From an uncultured Verrucomicrobiota bacterium (GTDB lineage: Bacteria > Verrucomicrobiota > Verrucomicrobiia > Limisphaerales > JAHDYP01): a DNA stretch of 62,044 nt. The notes below the pieces were generated by a model that saw nothing but the letters and a program-made list of their open reading frames with translations, did not search any database and had not been told where the DNA came from. This document shows positions 8,850-21,928 of the stretch, piece after piece. The DNA is taken from contig CAYSPU010000001.1 of the NCBI GenBank assembly GCA_964432995.1, positions 2,253-64,296 on the forward strand, read 5' to 3'. The translations under genes and the position numbers were made by a program. The stretch's first letter is position 1, and every line of letters starts with the position of its first letter.

Positions 8850-10343
8850 CTACGGCGTGCCGCCGGTCGTCATACCCGTATCGGTCGTGTTGGTTCCCAC
8901 GCTGGGGGGTACCTCCCAGGCACTGCCCTGCGCCCGCTTGAAGGCGCGCTCCGTGATGTCCCGCATCGTGATACCCGCCGGGTACAGGACCGGCTCGTTG
9001 GTGGTGCCGTCGAACGATCCCCAGAACAGATACCGTGTCGCCGAAGCTTCGTCGAGGTTGTCCAGCGGGAACGTGTTCACGAGGATCTCGTTGACTCCGT
9101 TCAACTCGACGGTGAGGGCCGGGCCGCCGTTGCCTGGCGGGATGTTCCCTGGTCCGTAGTTGCCGGTGATTCCGTTGGTGCCGTCGTTGTTGACCCAGGC
9201 TTGGTTGAGGGTGGTCCCGAAAAACGGCACGGCTTGGTCGCCGTCCCCGCCCTGGAGGTCGCGGACATTGAACAGGATGTCCGGGGCGACGACCGGGCGC
9301 TCGAGGTATTGAGTGATCTCCTGGCGGTTGGAGATCACCGTGTCCGGGAACGTGTTGGTGAAGGCCTCGAAGAGCCCGACCATGGAGTCGTAGTCCGCCC
9401 GGACGAAGGTGACCTTCCCGATGCCGGAGCGGATACCGTTCGCGATGAAGGTGTTGGTCCCCGTGGTAGTCGCGTTGGTTCCCGTGGTGTTGGTGCCGGC
9501 GGGAACACTCCACGGGTTGCCGCCGGTGAGGCTGAGGGTGGCGTTGGCGGGCGGAGTCTCCACGTTCCAGTTGTTGCGGTCGTAGAGGTACTTCAGGCCC
9601 ATCACGTCGTCCCGCGTCAGTCCGGTCCAGAAACCGAGTGCCGAGAACTGAACCCCGGCCACCGGCGCATTCACGGCTCCGTCGTACAGGGCCAGAGGGT
9701 CCACCGGCGCAGTCACGACCCACGAAACGCTGCCATCACGAATGTCCGACACCCGGTCGTAGGTCCACAACACGCCGTTGATGTAGGAACTCGCCTGATA
9801 CCTCTTGGTGGCGGGGACGTACTCGAAGTTGCGCCGGATGATATGGAAGTTCGTGGTCCCGCCGGGGTCCGGCGTCGTCCAGCGGTTGCGCAGCGTGTAG
9901 ACGTAGCGGGTCGGGTCGGTGAGCCCCAATTCCTCGAGGGCGACGGAGAGGACGACCGATTTGAGATCGGCGATCCCCAGCGCAACTGCCTGGTGGTTGA
10001 GGCGCAGGGACGTGAGCGGGTACTTGTCGACGTCGATCGAGGTGACATCGGGAAGGCTGTTCAAGATCTTGAAGGCCTTGTCGATCTCCTGGATGCCGCG
10101 CTGCCCGAAGTAGGTCACGAAGTCGGGGGTGAAGCCGTAGTAGACGGTATCGACATTCCAGCGATACTCCTCGCCGAGGTTCATGGGGCCGCCACCGAGT
10201 TGGGCGTTGTAGTCGGGAGGAAGGTAGCCCAGGCGCGCCGTCATCCAGGTGGTGAGCGGTCCCTGGAGGGTGAAGGCAAAAGCTGAACCGCACCAGCCGG
10301 TCAGGGCCGCCAGCACCAGAAGCCGTTTCAGAAAGCGTAACAT
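8850..10343 (-). CDS. secreted hypothetical protein
   Basis: The ORF-track start at 10352 is GTG. I prefer the ATG at 10343, giving MLRFLKRLLVLAALTGWCGSAFA (a clean signal peptide). GC3-rich coding pattern. No family recognised. Lacks the shared C-terminal domain. Confidence 0.6.
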   Translation of the reverse strand: MLRFLKRLLVLAALTGWCGSAFAFTLQGPLTTWMTARLGYLPPDYNAQLGGGPMNLGEEYRWNVDTVYYGFTPDFVTYFGQRGIQEIDKAFKILNSLPDVTSIDVDKYPLTSLRLNHQAVALGIADLKSVVLSVALEELGLTDPTRYVYTLRNRWTTPDPGGTTNFHIIRRNFEYVPATKRYQASSYINGVLWTYDRVSDIRDGSVSWVVTAPVDPLALYDGAVNAPVAGVQFSALGFWTGLTRDDVMGLKYLYDRNNWNVETPPANATLSLTGGNPWSVPAGTNTTGTNATTTGTNTFIANGIRSGIGKVTFVRADYDSMVGLFEAFTNTFPDTVISNRQEITQYLERPVVAPDILFNVRDLQGGDGDQAVPFFGTTLNQAWVNNDGTNGITGNYGPGNIPPGNGGPALTVELNGVNEILVNTFPLDNLDEASATRYLFWGSFDGTTNEPVLYPAGITMRDITERAFKRAQGSAWEVPPSVGTNTTDTGMTTGGTP

Positions 10344-10352
10344 AGAGATCAC

Positions 10353-12302
10353 CTAGCGAATGCGAATCACTCGATACATGGACACACTCTGCGCACCGTC
10401 CACGGGGATGGAATCGGTGGTTCCGGGAGCGAATCGTTGGGCGCCCACATCGGTCCACGAGCCGAGATTGGAGCTGACCTGGACTTGATAGACGCCGCCG
10501 GGCTGGACATTCCAGTCGAGCCACCATCCCTGGGTGCTGGCCTTCATCTCGAGGCGCATCACGCTGTTGGGGTCGGCGGGGTTGGTGCCGGCCAGGAGTT
10601 CGGCCAGGTTGGAGGCGCCGTCGCCGTCGGTGTCATCATCTTTTCCCGGAGGCTGGGCGGTGAGTTCGGGCCAACTGCTGGCCTGCCAATCGTCAGGGAG
10701 CCCGTCGCGGTTGCGGTCCAGGCCCCAGGTCCGGCCGGTGGCCGCGGTGGACACCTCAGACCGGCTGCCATCGACCAACCGGTAGGCGAGGCGGAAGGTG
10801 TGCTGGCTGGCGGGCATGAAGTTCTCCGCCAGATAGTGGGTCCCCTGCACGTCCACCGGAGTCGTGGCGCCGTCGATATACAGCTCGTACGCCGCGATGT
10901 CATAGCCGGTCACCTCGGCCCAGGTCACACTGAGTTCGGTTTCGCTGACGGCGAAGGCAAACGGCGCGGCCGGCGCGGCCAGCGGCACCGCCGGGGCGAG
11001 GGCGACGCGCTGGGCGAAGAGGTCGAAGCTCCCCTCGCCGCCCGTGAAACTGGTCCAGGTCACGACGCACGCGTCCTGGGCATCCGAGGCGACCGCGGGG
11101 TGCATCTGTTGCATAGCGGTGGTCGTGTTGACGAACACTTCGCCACCCGCCGGCCCGTTGGCTTCGACCGCCCGCCCGCAGACGCCTTCATACGATCCGT
11201 CCTGGCCAACCGTGGTCCAGACGGCGAAGAACCGGCCGCCCACCCGGGCGAGGCGCGGCGCGTACTGATCTCCACGGAGGCGGGTGTTGATGGTGAACTC
11301 GGCCGAAAGGGGCGTGCCATCGGCCTGGAGCAACCGCCCGTAGACGTCCCAACGATCGGTGGACTGAGCGCCCACGGGCAGTTGGGCTTTGCGTCCGCTG
11401 TAGGCAACCAGCATGCTGCCATCCTCGGCCACGCTGATCGCCGGGTTCGCCGCCAATACGGCGCTGGAACTGACCTGGAACTCATCGCCCTCGGGCTCAC
11501 CGGTGGCGGAGAAGCAGCGCGCCAGGATGGCGACGTCGTGGAGCGGGACCCCCGCATCGGAACCGGAGTAGCCACCGGTCGGGGTGGTATCAAAAACGGT
11601 CTGGCCGAGAGGGCTCTCGCAGACCCAGGCGACGAGGAACCGGCCCCCGGGCAACCCGGCGACGGTGGCAGAGCGCTGGTTGAACTCGGTGTATTGGTTG
11701 ACGGCGAACTCGGCGCCGACCTTCTGGCCCGTCGCGCTGAAGCGCTGTCCGTAGACGCCGAGCATACTGCCGTCCTGGCCGAAGCTGTTCCAGACTACCA
11801 CGGCGCCGCCGTCCTGGAGGGTGGCGACGGCCGGTTCGATTTGAAAGCCACCGGCGTAGGTGTTCACCTGGAGGTCGGCCGACCGGAAGGTGCCGTCCGG
11901 TTTCACGAACCGCGCGTAGATCTTCTGCTTGCCATTGGCGCCACCCTGCCAGACGAAGGCCGCGCCGCCATCCTGCAGGACCGCCACCTGGGGCTTCTCC
12001 TGGTCGGCGGTTCCCACCGAATTGACGCGGAAGACGCCGAGGACGCCGCTGAGTCCGGCGTCGACGCGGCGGGCGCTGATGCCGGTGCCGTCGCCGTCGG
12101 TGGCGTTATCGTGCCAGACGACGTAGCCGCCGCCGGCGCCGAGGCTGACGTGCGGGAAGACCTGGTCGCCTCGGAGGGGACTGGTCATCCGGAACTCGGC
12201 TCCTTGGCGGGCGAAGGTGCCGGCGCCGAGGCTGCCGCCGGCCAGCAGAAGCGCACTGCAGCAGAGGGGGACCCACCTAACTCGACTCAAAAGCAACGTC
12301 AT
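10353..12302 (-). CDS. secreted repeat protein: seven propeller-like repeats, an FN3-like domain, a DTDGDG motif and the shared C-terminal domain
   Basis: Start trimmed to the ATG at 12302 (MTLLLSRVRWVPLCCSALLLAGGSLGAG). Seven units of pattern Q..P.VA...DGG..VVW....DGS..GVYG.RF...G. Then an FN3-like segment (ELSVTWAEVTGYDIAAYELYIDG), DDDTDGDGASNLAELLAGTNPADPNS, and tail ...GVYQVQVSSNLGSWTDV...MYRVIRIR. Confidence 0.65.
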   Translation of the reverse strand: MTLLLSRVRWVPLCCSALLLAGGSLGAGTFARQGAEFRMTSPLRGDQVFPHVSLGAGGGYVVWHDNATDGDGTGISARRVDAGLSGVLGVFRVNSVGTADQEKPQVAVLQDGGAAFVWQGGANGKQKIYARFVKPDGTFRSADLQVNTYAGGFQIEPAVATLQDGGAVVVWNSFGQDGSMLGVYGQRFSATGQKVGAEFAVNQYTEFNQRSATVAGLPGGRFLVAWVCESPLGQTVFDTTPTGGYSGSDAGVPLHDVAILARCFSATGEPEGDEFQVSSSAVLAANPAISVAEDGSMLVAYSGRKAQLPVGAQSTDRWDVYGRLLQADGTPLSAEFTINTRLRGDQYAPRLARVGGRFFAVWTTVGQDGSYEGVCGRAVEANGPAGGEVFVNTTTAMQQMHPAVASDAQDACVVTWTSFTGGEGSFDLFAQRVALAPAVPLAAPAAPFAFAVSETELSVTWAEVTGYDIAAYELYIDGATTPVDVQGTHYLAENFMPASQHTFRLAYRLVDGSRSEVSTAATGRTWGLDRNRDGLPDDWQASSWPELTAQPPGKDDDTDGDGASNLAELLAGTNPADPNSVMRLEMKASTQGWWLDWNVQPGGVYQVQVSSNLGSWTDVGAQRFAPGTTDSIPVDGAQSVSMYRVIRIR

Positions 12303-12450
12303 AATTCCTGACTCTCTCAGGTCATTCACCGAGGTTGACCAACTATAGCACATGAACGCCCCAAATTCCCTGCCCCCGCCCCGGGAGCGTGCGGGAAGCC
12401 CGGTTGCCACTTCCCACACCCAACCCCGCGGGCCGAGGCCGCCGGCCCGA

Positions 12451-15204
<2,754 letters not shown>

Positions 15205-15249
15205 GGTTCGCTCAGGTTTGGGTTGGCACACCATAGAAATTCGCATTGC

Positions 15250-16068
15250 CTATATGCCGGCGGGGGCAGCGCCAGAGGGCGCTTTGATAGAGATCGTCGT
15301 CCGCTTCTTGTTGGACAGGGCCTCGACTGTAACGTTCGTCGACGTGATGGCAACGATATTGTTGGTATCTCCACCAAAACTCAGATTGTCGAGCACGCGC
15401 TTGCCGTTGAAGTTCAGGTTTTCCGGCGGGTACTTCAAGTCAGCCATGTAGCCCGCGACCGCTTCGTGGGGCTTCTCTTTAGACACGACCACCACGCTTT
15501 TGTCATCCCGAAGTTCCAGGACGAATTCGGTGGGGTTCTTGCCGTCGGGACGCAGTTCCCGGAGGACGAAGATCTCGTTCTGTGATCCGGGAACCGGCAG
15601 GCTCTGATGCATCTTCGGCAGGCGGTTCCGGGGTTCGCGCTCGGCCTCGCGAGTCACGCGGAAGTTGTGGAACAGGCCCGTTCCCGACGGCGAGGTTCCC
15701 TCGTAGGAGATGATGGTGTTGAGGGGCTTCAGGGCAACGATCACCAGGGCCGGTGCGCCTTCGACCACCGTCCCCTCCTTGCGCACGGATTCCGAGCGGC
15801 GGGTCCACTTGACGGGGTTGAACAGGTTGTGGTCACCCGAGAGGATGACGGGTTCCGGTCGGCGGAGGCGGCGGAGGACCGTTTCGTTGGTGGAGAGATC
15901 GAAAGGCTGCAGCTCCTTGTTCTCGCGAGACACATCCATGTCGGCAAGTTCCTCCAAACGCTGCCGCTCGCTCGATATTTGGAAGAGGAGTTGGAGGGTG
16001 GCGGCCAATAGTCCCAGAAGAACGAGACTGAGAATGACCTTCTCGTAGTTTTTCTTGAGGAAATCCAT
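15250..16068 (-). CDS. bitopic membrane protein of the pilus-like locus (in the position of Amuc_1099; PilP-like role possible)
   Basis: 272 aa with a single N-terminal TM (VILSLVLLGLLAATLQLLF). Sits between the secretin and Amuc_1100-like genes with gaps of 45 and 16 nt. No motif recognised. Confidence 0.55.
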   Translation of the reverse strand: MDFLKKNYEKVILSLVLLGLLAATLQLLFQISSERQRLEELADMDVSRENKELQPFDLSTNETVLRRLRRPEPVILSGDHNLFNPVKWTRRSESVRKEGTVVEGAPALVIVALKPLNTIISYEGTSPSGTGLFHNFRVTREAEREPRNRLPKMHQSLPVPGSQNEIFVLRELRPDGKNPTEFVLELRDDKSVVVVSKEKPHEAVAGYMADLKYPPENLNFNGKRVLDNLSFGGDTNNIVAITSTNVTVEALSNKKRTTISIKAPSGAAPAGI

Positions 16069-16084
16069 TGAAGCGAATGCGGCG

Positions 16085-17185
16085 TTATTTGGCAGCCACG
16101 GCCCCCTGGCGAATCGAATCCACGAGCATGGTGATCCTGAGAAGCTGCTCGTTCAACATCGTCTCCGGCCCTCGCCGCGTCGAGACTCCGGGTGTCTGGT
16201 AGGTTGATTCGGTCGGAGCCCCCGGGGTGACGCCTCCCGCCGGGCCCAGGCCATAGCGACGTCGCATCGCATCCGACATTCCGGCCCCGGGTCCCCGTTC
16301 CCCTCGGCCGGTAAGACCGTAGCGCGAGCGCAGCCGGTCGGCCGGGCTCTGGCCGCCGCCCGGGAGCACGCCACCGGCAGGAGGCGCATAGTAGGGCGCT
16401 GGCGTCTGACCGGGCTCCGTCGAGTCCGGAGTGGTCAGGTCGCTGGATGGCGCACGCTCCACGTTGACGTTCTTGACAACGAAACAACAAGGGGAGCGCA
16501 GGAGGCCGTCGATCACCGCCCCCAACTCGCTGCTGAACCCGTAGAAGGTGATTTCGTAGGGGGTCACCGCCGCCCCGGCGACCTGGTTGGTGTAGGACTT
16601 GCGGAAGGTCAGGAGTTCCGGGCCCTGTTCCTTCTTGCTGACCGGGGGCCGGCGGAGGCTGACCAGGGAATGCACCCGGGCCTCGAACACGGCCGACACG
16701 ATCGCGCGGATTTCGAGGAGCTGGTAGCTCAGGGGGACCAACTCCTTTGCGTCGATCGCCGTGGCGCTGTACTGGGAACCGAAGGTGAACGCATAGGGCC
16801 CCCCGGTGACGGAAGGGGCGGGGATCTTCACCCCCTGCTTCCTGGCCATCTGCTCCAGTTCGAACACCGTCGTCGCCAACTGGCCCTTGAAGGTGGCCGT
16901 GTCGATGTTCGTCTGGGTGGAAAGCGGAGCGAAGAATTTGCGGGCTTCACCCAGGGCCGAGAGCATCCGCGTCTGCTCCTGCCGGGCCGCGGTCACGTTT
17001 TCCTCGGTAACGCTGGGGTCCTGAGTGTTGAGACGCCGGAACGCATCCGCCTGCGTCGTCAGTTCAGCCGTCACGTCCGAGTTTCGCGAGTATTGCCGGT
17101 AGAGGAAATAGCCGGCTGCGCCGAGCAGGACCACGGCTGCAAGAATCCCGCCCGCCAGGACCAAATTGCGCTTGAGCCACGACAT
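16085..17185 (-). CDS. Amuc_1100-family / PilO-like pilus-associated protein
   Basis: N-terminal TM (LVLAGGILAAVVLLGAAGYFLY). Architecture and local resemblance, from memory, to Akkermansia Amuc_1100: the TATFKGQL...ELEQMARKQGV region, the FVVKNVNVERA strand and a terminal beta strand. Locus context also fits. Confidence 0.6.
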   Translation of the reverse strand: MSWLKRNLVLAGGILAAVVLLGAAGYFLYRQYSRNSDVTAELTTQADAFRRLNTQDPSVTEENVTAARQEQTRMLSALGEARKFFAPLSTQTNIDTATFKGQLATTVFELEQMARKQGVKIPAPSVTGGPYAFTFGSQYSATAIDAKELVPLSYQLLEIRAIVSAVFEARVHSLVSLRRPPVSKKEQGPELLTFRKSYTNQVAGAAVTPYEITFYGFSSELGAVIDGLLRSPCCFVVKNVNVERAPSSDLTTPDSTEPGQTPAPYYAPPAGGVLPGGGQSPADRLRSRYGLTGRGERGPGAGMSDAMRRRYGLGPAGGVTPGAPTESTYQTPGVSTRRGPETMLNEQLLRITMLVDSIRQGAVAAK

Positions 17186-17204
17186 AGGAGAGGGTGTGAA
17201 AAGG

Positions 17205-19241
17205 TTATCTCTCTGAAGGAGCGGAGGCTGACTCGGTCGACTCGGTCGCCCCGGCGGACTCGGTGCCCTCCGTCGACTCCTCGGTCGGGGCCCTGGGGAT
17301 GGCCCCTGGCGGGTTGAGGATCACGGGGTTCTTGAGCCGGAGGCTGACTCCGAAGGTGAAGGTGTCCCCGTCGTCCTTGAACTCGCCGGCCAGCTTGGTC
17401 TCTTCGGGATCGACCATCGGGCTGGCTTTCAGCGTGTCGAGGAAGGTGAAGGCCAGGTCGTTGTTCGCCTTGGGATCCATCGACAGCTTGAGATGGTTGA
17501 CCCCCCGGCAGGTCATTTTGATGACCGCGATTTCGTTGGTGGAAGTCTTCTTCCCCTTCGGCTTGCGGACGACCGGTGTTCCGTCCTCGTTGACCGCGCC
17601 CTCTTCGCCTCCCTCGCCCTCCGACTCCGAGTCGTCGCTGGTGGGGGTTCGGATCGTCTTGATTCCGTAACGCTCCCGGAGCAGCTTGGCGTAGCGCATC
17701 TGAACGGCGGTGGGCGTGGTGGGGGTGCCTTCCGCGGTCGCTTCCGTTTCCGAGGCCTGCGCGGTGAGGATCGGATTCGCCGCGGCAAAGGACTCAATCC
17801 ACAGGCCGTTCTCGATGCCGCCCATGGCCTGTTTGCGGGCTTCTTCGGTGGCGATGAGGACGCGGCGGAGTTCGGCCAGCAAGTCGGGCCACTGGAGGCG
17901 TTCCTGGGCCCAGGCCTGCAGTTGCTGTAATTCGGATTTCTGCCGGTCCAGGCCCGAGAGTTCGGTTCTCAACCGGCGATCGCGCTCACTGATCGGCTGG
18001 ATCTTCCGGCTGATTGTCTCGAGGGCTTCGCCCTTGATCGCCGCGAGCTTGGCGTAGAACCAGCCGTAGGCCGCAACGACGAGCACCAGGCTGATCACCG
18101 TGGCGATGAAATAGGGCTTCTTCTGGTTGAGTTCCTGCCGCTTGAGCCAGCTCCGCGGCATGAGGTTCATCTCCACCGGGCATTGCGCCACGTTCCGCAA
18201 GCCGAGGCCGACGATTTCGCCGAGGGAATGAGCCACGGCGGCCAGTTCCTCCCGGTTCACGGACGGGCCGATCTCGACATTGCGGAAGGGGTTGAAGTAC
18301 TCGACCGCGATATTGAGCTTCTCGGCGAAGAACTGGGCGGTATACGGCATGATGGCCGCTCCGCCGGCGAGGAAGAGCCGCTGGGGCGGGGTGCCGCCCT
18401 GCTGGCCGCGGAAGAACTGGATGGTCTGGTTGACCTGGATGTGCAGGCGGGTCATCACCTGCCGGGCGATTTTGGAGATCTGGGCTTGCCGCGGGTTCTC
18501 GGGCTCCTCGTAGGCGCCGCCGAGGCTGACGAAGCCCTCGGCGATCTTGAGCTGTTCGGCCTCCGCGAACCGCAGTTTGGCTTCGCTGGCGAAGTCCTGG
18601 GTGATGGAGTTGGCCCCGATGTTGATGCTGCGGGCGTAGACCTTACCCTTGTCGAAGAAGAGGAGGTTGCTGGTCTTCGCGCCGATGTCCAGCAACATGG
18701 AACAACCTTCCAGATCGCTGTAATTGAACCGAAACGCGTTGCACAGCGCCGCGGGCGAGACGTCCACCAACTGCACGCGGAAACCGGAGGCTTCCGCCGT
18801 GCGGAACAGGCCTTCCACGACGTCCGTCTTGATCGCGACCAGCAGGACTTCCAGCTCTCCGGACGGCGACGTCCCCAGGATCTGGTAATCCCAAACGACT
18901 TCCTCGAGCGGGAACGGCACGTTCTGCTGCGCCTCGTATTGGATGATCTGGGTGACCTTGGAGGAATCCACCGGGGGCAGCTTGACGAATTTCGAGAAGA
19001 CGTGGAACCCCGGGGCGCAGGCGTTGACGCTCTTCGAGCTGAAGGGGCGCTCGGCCAGGAGTTCCTGGATGACCCGGTTGATGACCCGCTCTCGAGCCAC
19101 ATCCTGCGAACCCTCAAAACCCAGGGGCTTGATCCCGAACTCCTTGAGGCGGATGACTCCGGACTCAGTCGGCTCGAACTCCGCGATTTTCAGGCTGCCG
19201 GCGCCGAAATCCAGGCAAAGGAATGACTTCGTGTTCAGCAT
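17205..19241 (-). CDS. pilM: type IV pilus assembly ATPase-fold protein PilM fused to a PilN-like TM/coiled-coil region and a C-terminal extension
   Basis: N-terminus FLCLDFGAGSLKIAEF, then GANSITQD and FLAGGAA actin-like/PilM motifs. TM segment YFIATVISLVLVVAAYGWFYA near aa 375. Acidic low-complexity stretch SDDSESEGEGGEEG, then a roughly 120-aa terminal domain. Confidence 0.8.
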   Translation of the reverse strand: MLNTKSFLCLDFGAGSLKIAEFEPTESGVIRLKEFGIKPLGFEGSQDVARERVINRVIQELLAERPFSSKSVNACAPGFHVFSKFVKLPPVDSSKVTQIIQYEAQQNVPFPLEEVVWDYQILGTSPSGELEVLLVAIKTDVVEGLFRTAEASGFRVQLVDVSPAALCNAFRFNYSDLEGCSMLLDIGAKTSNLLFFDKGKVYARSINIGANSITQDFASEAKLRFAEAEQLKIAEGFVSLGGAYEEPENPRQAQISKIARQVMTRLHIQVNQTIQFFRGQQGGTPPQRLFLAGGAAIMPYTAQFFAEKLNIAVEYFNPFRNVEIGPSVNREELAAVAHSLGEIVGLGLRNVAQCPVEMNLMPRSWLKRQELNQKKPYFIATVISLVLVVAAYGWFYAKLAAIKGEALETISRKIQPISERDRRLRTELSGLDRQKSELQQLQAWAQERLQWPDLLAELRRVLIATEEARKQAMGGIENGLWIESFAAANPILTAQASETEATAEGTPTTPTAVQMRYAKLLRERYGIKTIRTPTSDDSESEGEGGEEGAVNEDGTPVVRKPKGKKTSTNEIAVIKMTCRGVNHLKLSMDPKANNDLAFTFLDTLKASPMVDPEETKLAGEFKDDGDTFTFGVSLRLKNPVILNPPGAIPRAPTEESTEGTESAGATESTESASAPSER

Positions 19242-19403
19242 CTAGTGACTCCGATGCGCCGCGGTGAACAGCATCCCGCTTTTCCGTCAGGCCTGTTGAT
19301 CTCCGGCGAGGAGAGAGTCGACCCGTGGTTACTGGAATTCGCCAGCACGGTCAAATAGAAAAGCGAAACGCGACCGCCGCGACTCTGCATGATGTTTGTT
19401 TCC

Positions 19404-20417
19404 TCAATATGCCTCCCCCGACAACCTTTTCCGAAACCAGTCGATGGTGGGCGGAAGCCCCTCGGCCAATCCCACTTTTGGCACCCAACCCAGCCAACGG
19501 CGCGCCCGCGCAATGTCCGGCCGCCTCTGCCGCGGATCATCCTGCGGAAGAGGTCGGAACACGATCCGACTGCGCGAGCCCGTCACCCGGATGATCTCCC
19601 GCGCAAACTCCAGCACCGTCAACTCCTGGGGGTTCCCCAGGTTGGTCGGAAGGTGGATCGCCGACATCATCAGCCGGTAGATCCCCTCCACCAGGTCCTG
19701 GCAGTAACAGAAACTGCGGGTTTGCGCGCCTGTCCCGAAGACGGTGATCGGGCGGTTGGCCAGTGCCTGGCCGACAAACGACGGCACCACCCGGCCGTCC
19801 CTCATCCGCATCCGCGGACCGTATGTGTTGAAGATGCGCACAATCCGGGTCTCGACGTTGTGCTCCTTATGATACGCCATGGTGAGCGCTTCGGCAAAGC
19901 GCTTGGCTTCGTCGTAGCACCCCCGGGGGCCGATCGGATTGACGTTTCCCCAGTAGTCCTCCGTCTGCGGATGGACCAGCGGGTCCCCATACACTTCGGA
20001 GGTCGAAGCCAGGAGGAAGCGGGCGCCCTTGTGCTTGGCCAGGCCGAGAGCCTTGTGGGTGCCCAGGGATCCCACCTTGAGTGTCTGGATGGGGAGTTCG
20101 AGATAGTCGATCGGACTGGCCGGGGAGGCGAAATGCCAGACGAAATCCACCGGGCCCTGGAGGAAGAGGAACTCCGTGACATCCTGCTGAATGAACCGGA
20201 ATCGGGGGTTGCCGGCCAAGTGGGCGATGTTGTCCACGGTGCCGGTCACCAGGTTGTCGATCGCGATGACTTCGTGCCCGCGCTCGAGCAGGAGGTCCAC
20301 CAGGTGAGAGCCCAGGAAACCCGCGCCGCCCGTCACGACCGACTGGGGAGCGCGCTGATGCGCCGGACGCGGCCGCCGCCGCGTCGACCGGGAGGTTGGT
20401 TTCAGAGGACGACCCAC
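19404..20417 (-). CDS. UDP-glucuronate decarboxylase (UDP-xylose synthase), SDR family
   Basis: [18 protein letters not shown] Rossmann motif, [11 protein letters not shown], catalytic [16 protein letters not shown]. The start is GTG at 20417 and uncertain; the basic N-terminal extension may not be translated. Confidence 0.85.
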   Translation of the reverse strand: MGRPLKPTSRSTRRRPRPAHQRAPQSVVTGGAGFLGSHLVDLLLERGHEVIAIDNLVTGTVDNIAHLAGNPRFRFIQQDVTEFLFLQGPVDFVWHFASPASPIDYLELPIQTLKVGSLGTHKALGLAKHKGARFLLASTSEVYGDPLVHPQTEDYWGNVNPIGPRGCYDEAKRFAEALTMAYHKEHNVETRIVRIFNTYGPRMRMRDGRVVPSFVGQALANRPITVFGTGAQTRSFCYCQDLVEGIYRLMMSAIHLPTNLGNPQELTVLEFAREIIRVTGSRSRIVFRPLPQDDPRQRRPDIARARRWLGWVPKVGLAEGLPPTIDWFRKRLSGEAY

Positions 20418-20433
20418 AAGCGCACACTTCCTC

Positions 20434-21822
20434 TTATTTCGCTCCGGTGCCGAGCATCACCACGGGGACCGTCTGCAGCAGGATCCGCAGGTCCAGCCAG
20501 AGTGACCAGTTGTCGATATACTGCAGGTCCAACCGCACCCACTCCTGGAAGTCGGTGATGTTGTTCCGACCGCTGATTTGCCAGAGACAGGTGATGCCCG
20601 GCTTGACGCTCAGCCGTCGCCGGTGCGCCAGGTCGTCGAAACGCGCCACCTCGTCCAGGGGCAGCGGCCGGGGTCCCACCAGGCTCATGTCGCCCCGCAC
20701 CACATTCAGCAACTGCGGGAACTCGTCGATGCTGTATTTCCGCAGCAGGCGTCCCACCCGGGTGATCCTGGGATCGTGACTCACTTTGAAGACCGGGCCG
20801 CTCATCTCGTTGAGCAGCTCGAGTTCGTGTTTCCGCTGCTCGGCATCGCTCACCATGGAGCGGAATTTCAACATGGTGAACGGCCGGCCGTTCAATCCCG
20901 CCCGCTGCTGCCGGAAGAAAACCGGGCCGGGAGAACTCAACTTGATCAGCACCGCGGCCAGAACCAGCACCGGCGATGACACCACCAGCAACAGCAGCGC
21001 CCCCGTCAGATCCATCGTCTGCTTGGCCAGAACCTGCCACGAAGCCCCGGGCGCCGACCGAAACACCAGCATCGGCATGCCGTGAAAATCGTCGATCGTC
21101 GTCTGCGAAATCTGGGTCTTGAAGAAATCCGCCGTGAGCCAGACCTCGACACCTTCCAGCTCGCAGGCGGCAATGACCTTTTCCACGTTGCCGAAGAACG
21201 TGTGCTTGGCGCTCAGCAGGACGCTGTTGATGGCGTGCTCATGCATGAGGTGGACCAACCGCTCGACCGGAACCTCGTTGAGATCCACCTCCGCCACCAC
21301 CTCCGTGCTCTCCGCCGAATGCTCGTGCAACTGCGAGCGGAGCTGGGCCCGGTCCGCCTCCGTTCCCACCAGAATCAGCCGGCGCCGCAACTGCGACTGC
21401 CCGATGCTGCTCCGAATCCAGGACCGGAGCAGCTCCTCCTTGGCCAGGATCAACAGATACGCGATGGGGCCAAACAGCAAAATCACGCCACGAGCCGGCT
21501 GCGCCCGGGTGAGAAACACCACCGTCACCACCGCCATGGTCACCCAGACCATCCCCCACCAAAGCTGCCACAGCGTCTGCCTCCGCGATGGGATCAACGG
21601 CCGGTTGTAAAAGCCCTGCAATTGCAGAAACAGGGGCGCTATCGGGAGGATCACCAGCAACAGCCACGCGTAGTCGCCAAACTCCTGAATGTCCGGACGC
21701 AACAGGAAATCGAACAGCCCGTGAGCTCGCAGCCAGTGCGCCCACCAGAAGCTGAACGCAAAAATGGTGGCGTCGACAAACCTCTGCGCTTGGGAAAGCA
21801 CCTGTCTCTGGCGACGCAACAT
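20434..21822 (-). CDS. polyprenyl glycosylphosphotransferase (WbaP/EpsB-like sugar transferase)
   Basis: Start trimmed to the ATG at 21822 ([17 protein letters not shown]...). Four to five N-terminal TMs. C-terminal bacterial sugar transferase core: [61 protein letters not shown]. Confidence 0.88.
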   Translation of the reverse strand: MLRRQRQVLSQAQRFVDATIFAFSFWWAHWLRAHGLFDFLLRPDIQEFGDYAWLLLVILPIAPLFLQLQGFYNRPLIPSRRQTLWQLWWGMVWVTMAVVTVVFLTRAQPARGVILLFGPIAYLLILAKEELLRSWIRSSIGQSQLRRRLILVGTEADRAQLRSQLHEHSAESTEVVAEVDLNEVPVERLVHLMHEHAINSVLLSAKHTFFGNVEKVIAACELEGVEVWLTADFFKTQISQTTIDDFHGMPMLVFRSAPGASWQVLAKQTMDLTGALLLLVVSSPVLVLAAVLIKLSSPGPVFFRQQRAGLNGRPFTMLKFRSMVSDAEQRKHELELLNEMSGPVFKVSHDPRITRVGRLLRKYSIDEFPQLLNVVRGDMSLVGPRPLPLDEVARFDDLAHRRRLSVKPGITCLWQISGRNNITDFQEWVRLDLQYIDNWSLWLDLRILLQTVPVVMLGTGAK

Positions 21823-21928
21823 TGGGAAGACACTCTGCTTCAGCCGCCCGGGTCTCGGCAAACCCAAAAAGCGGGCAGCCGGCCTACGGGCAGATCGATC
21901 ACCCGCCCGCTGACCCGTCATCCGCCGC

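Noticed and set aside
19326-19354. Sigma-70-like promoter for pilM (TTGACC, 17 nt, TAACCA on the minus strand) and a short hairpin plus T-rich tract after the UXS stop
   Set aside because: The -10 element matches the consensus at only two to three positions and the hairpin stem is only 4 bp. This is too weak to annotate without transcript data.
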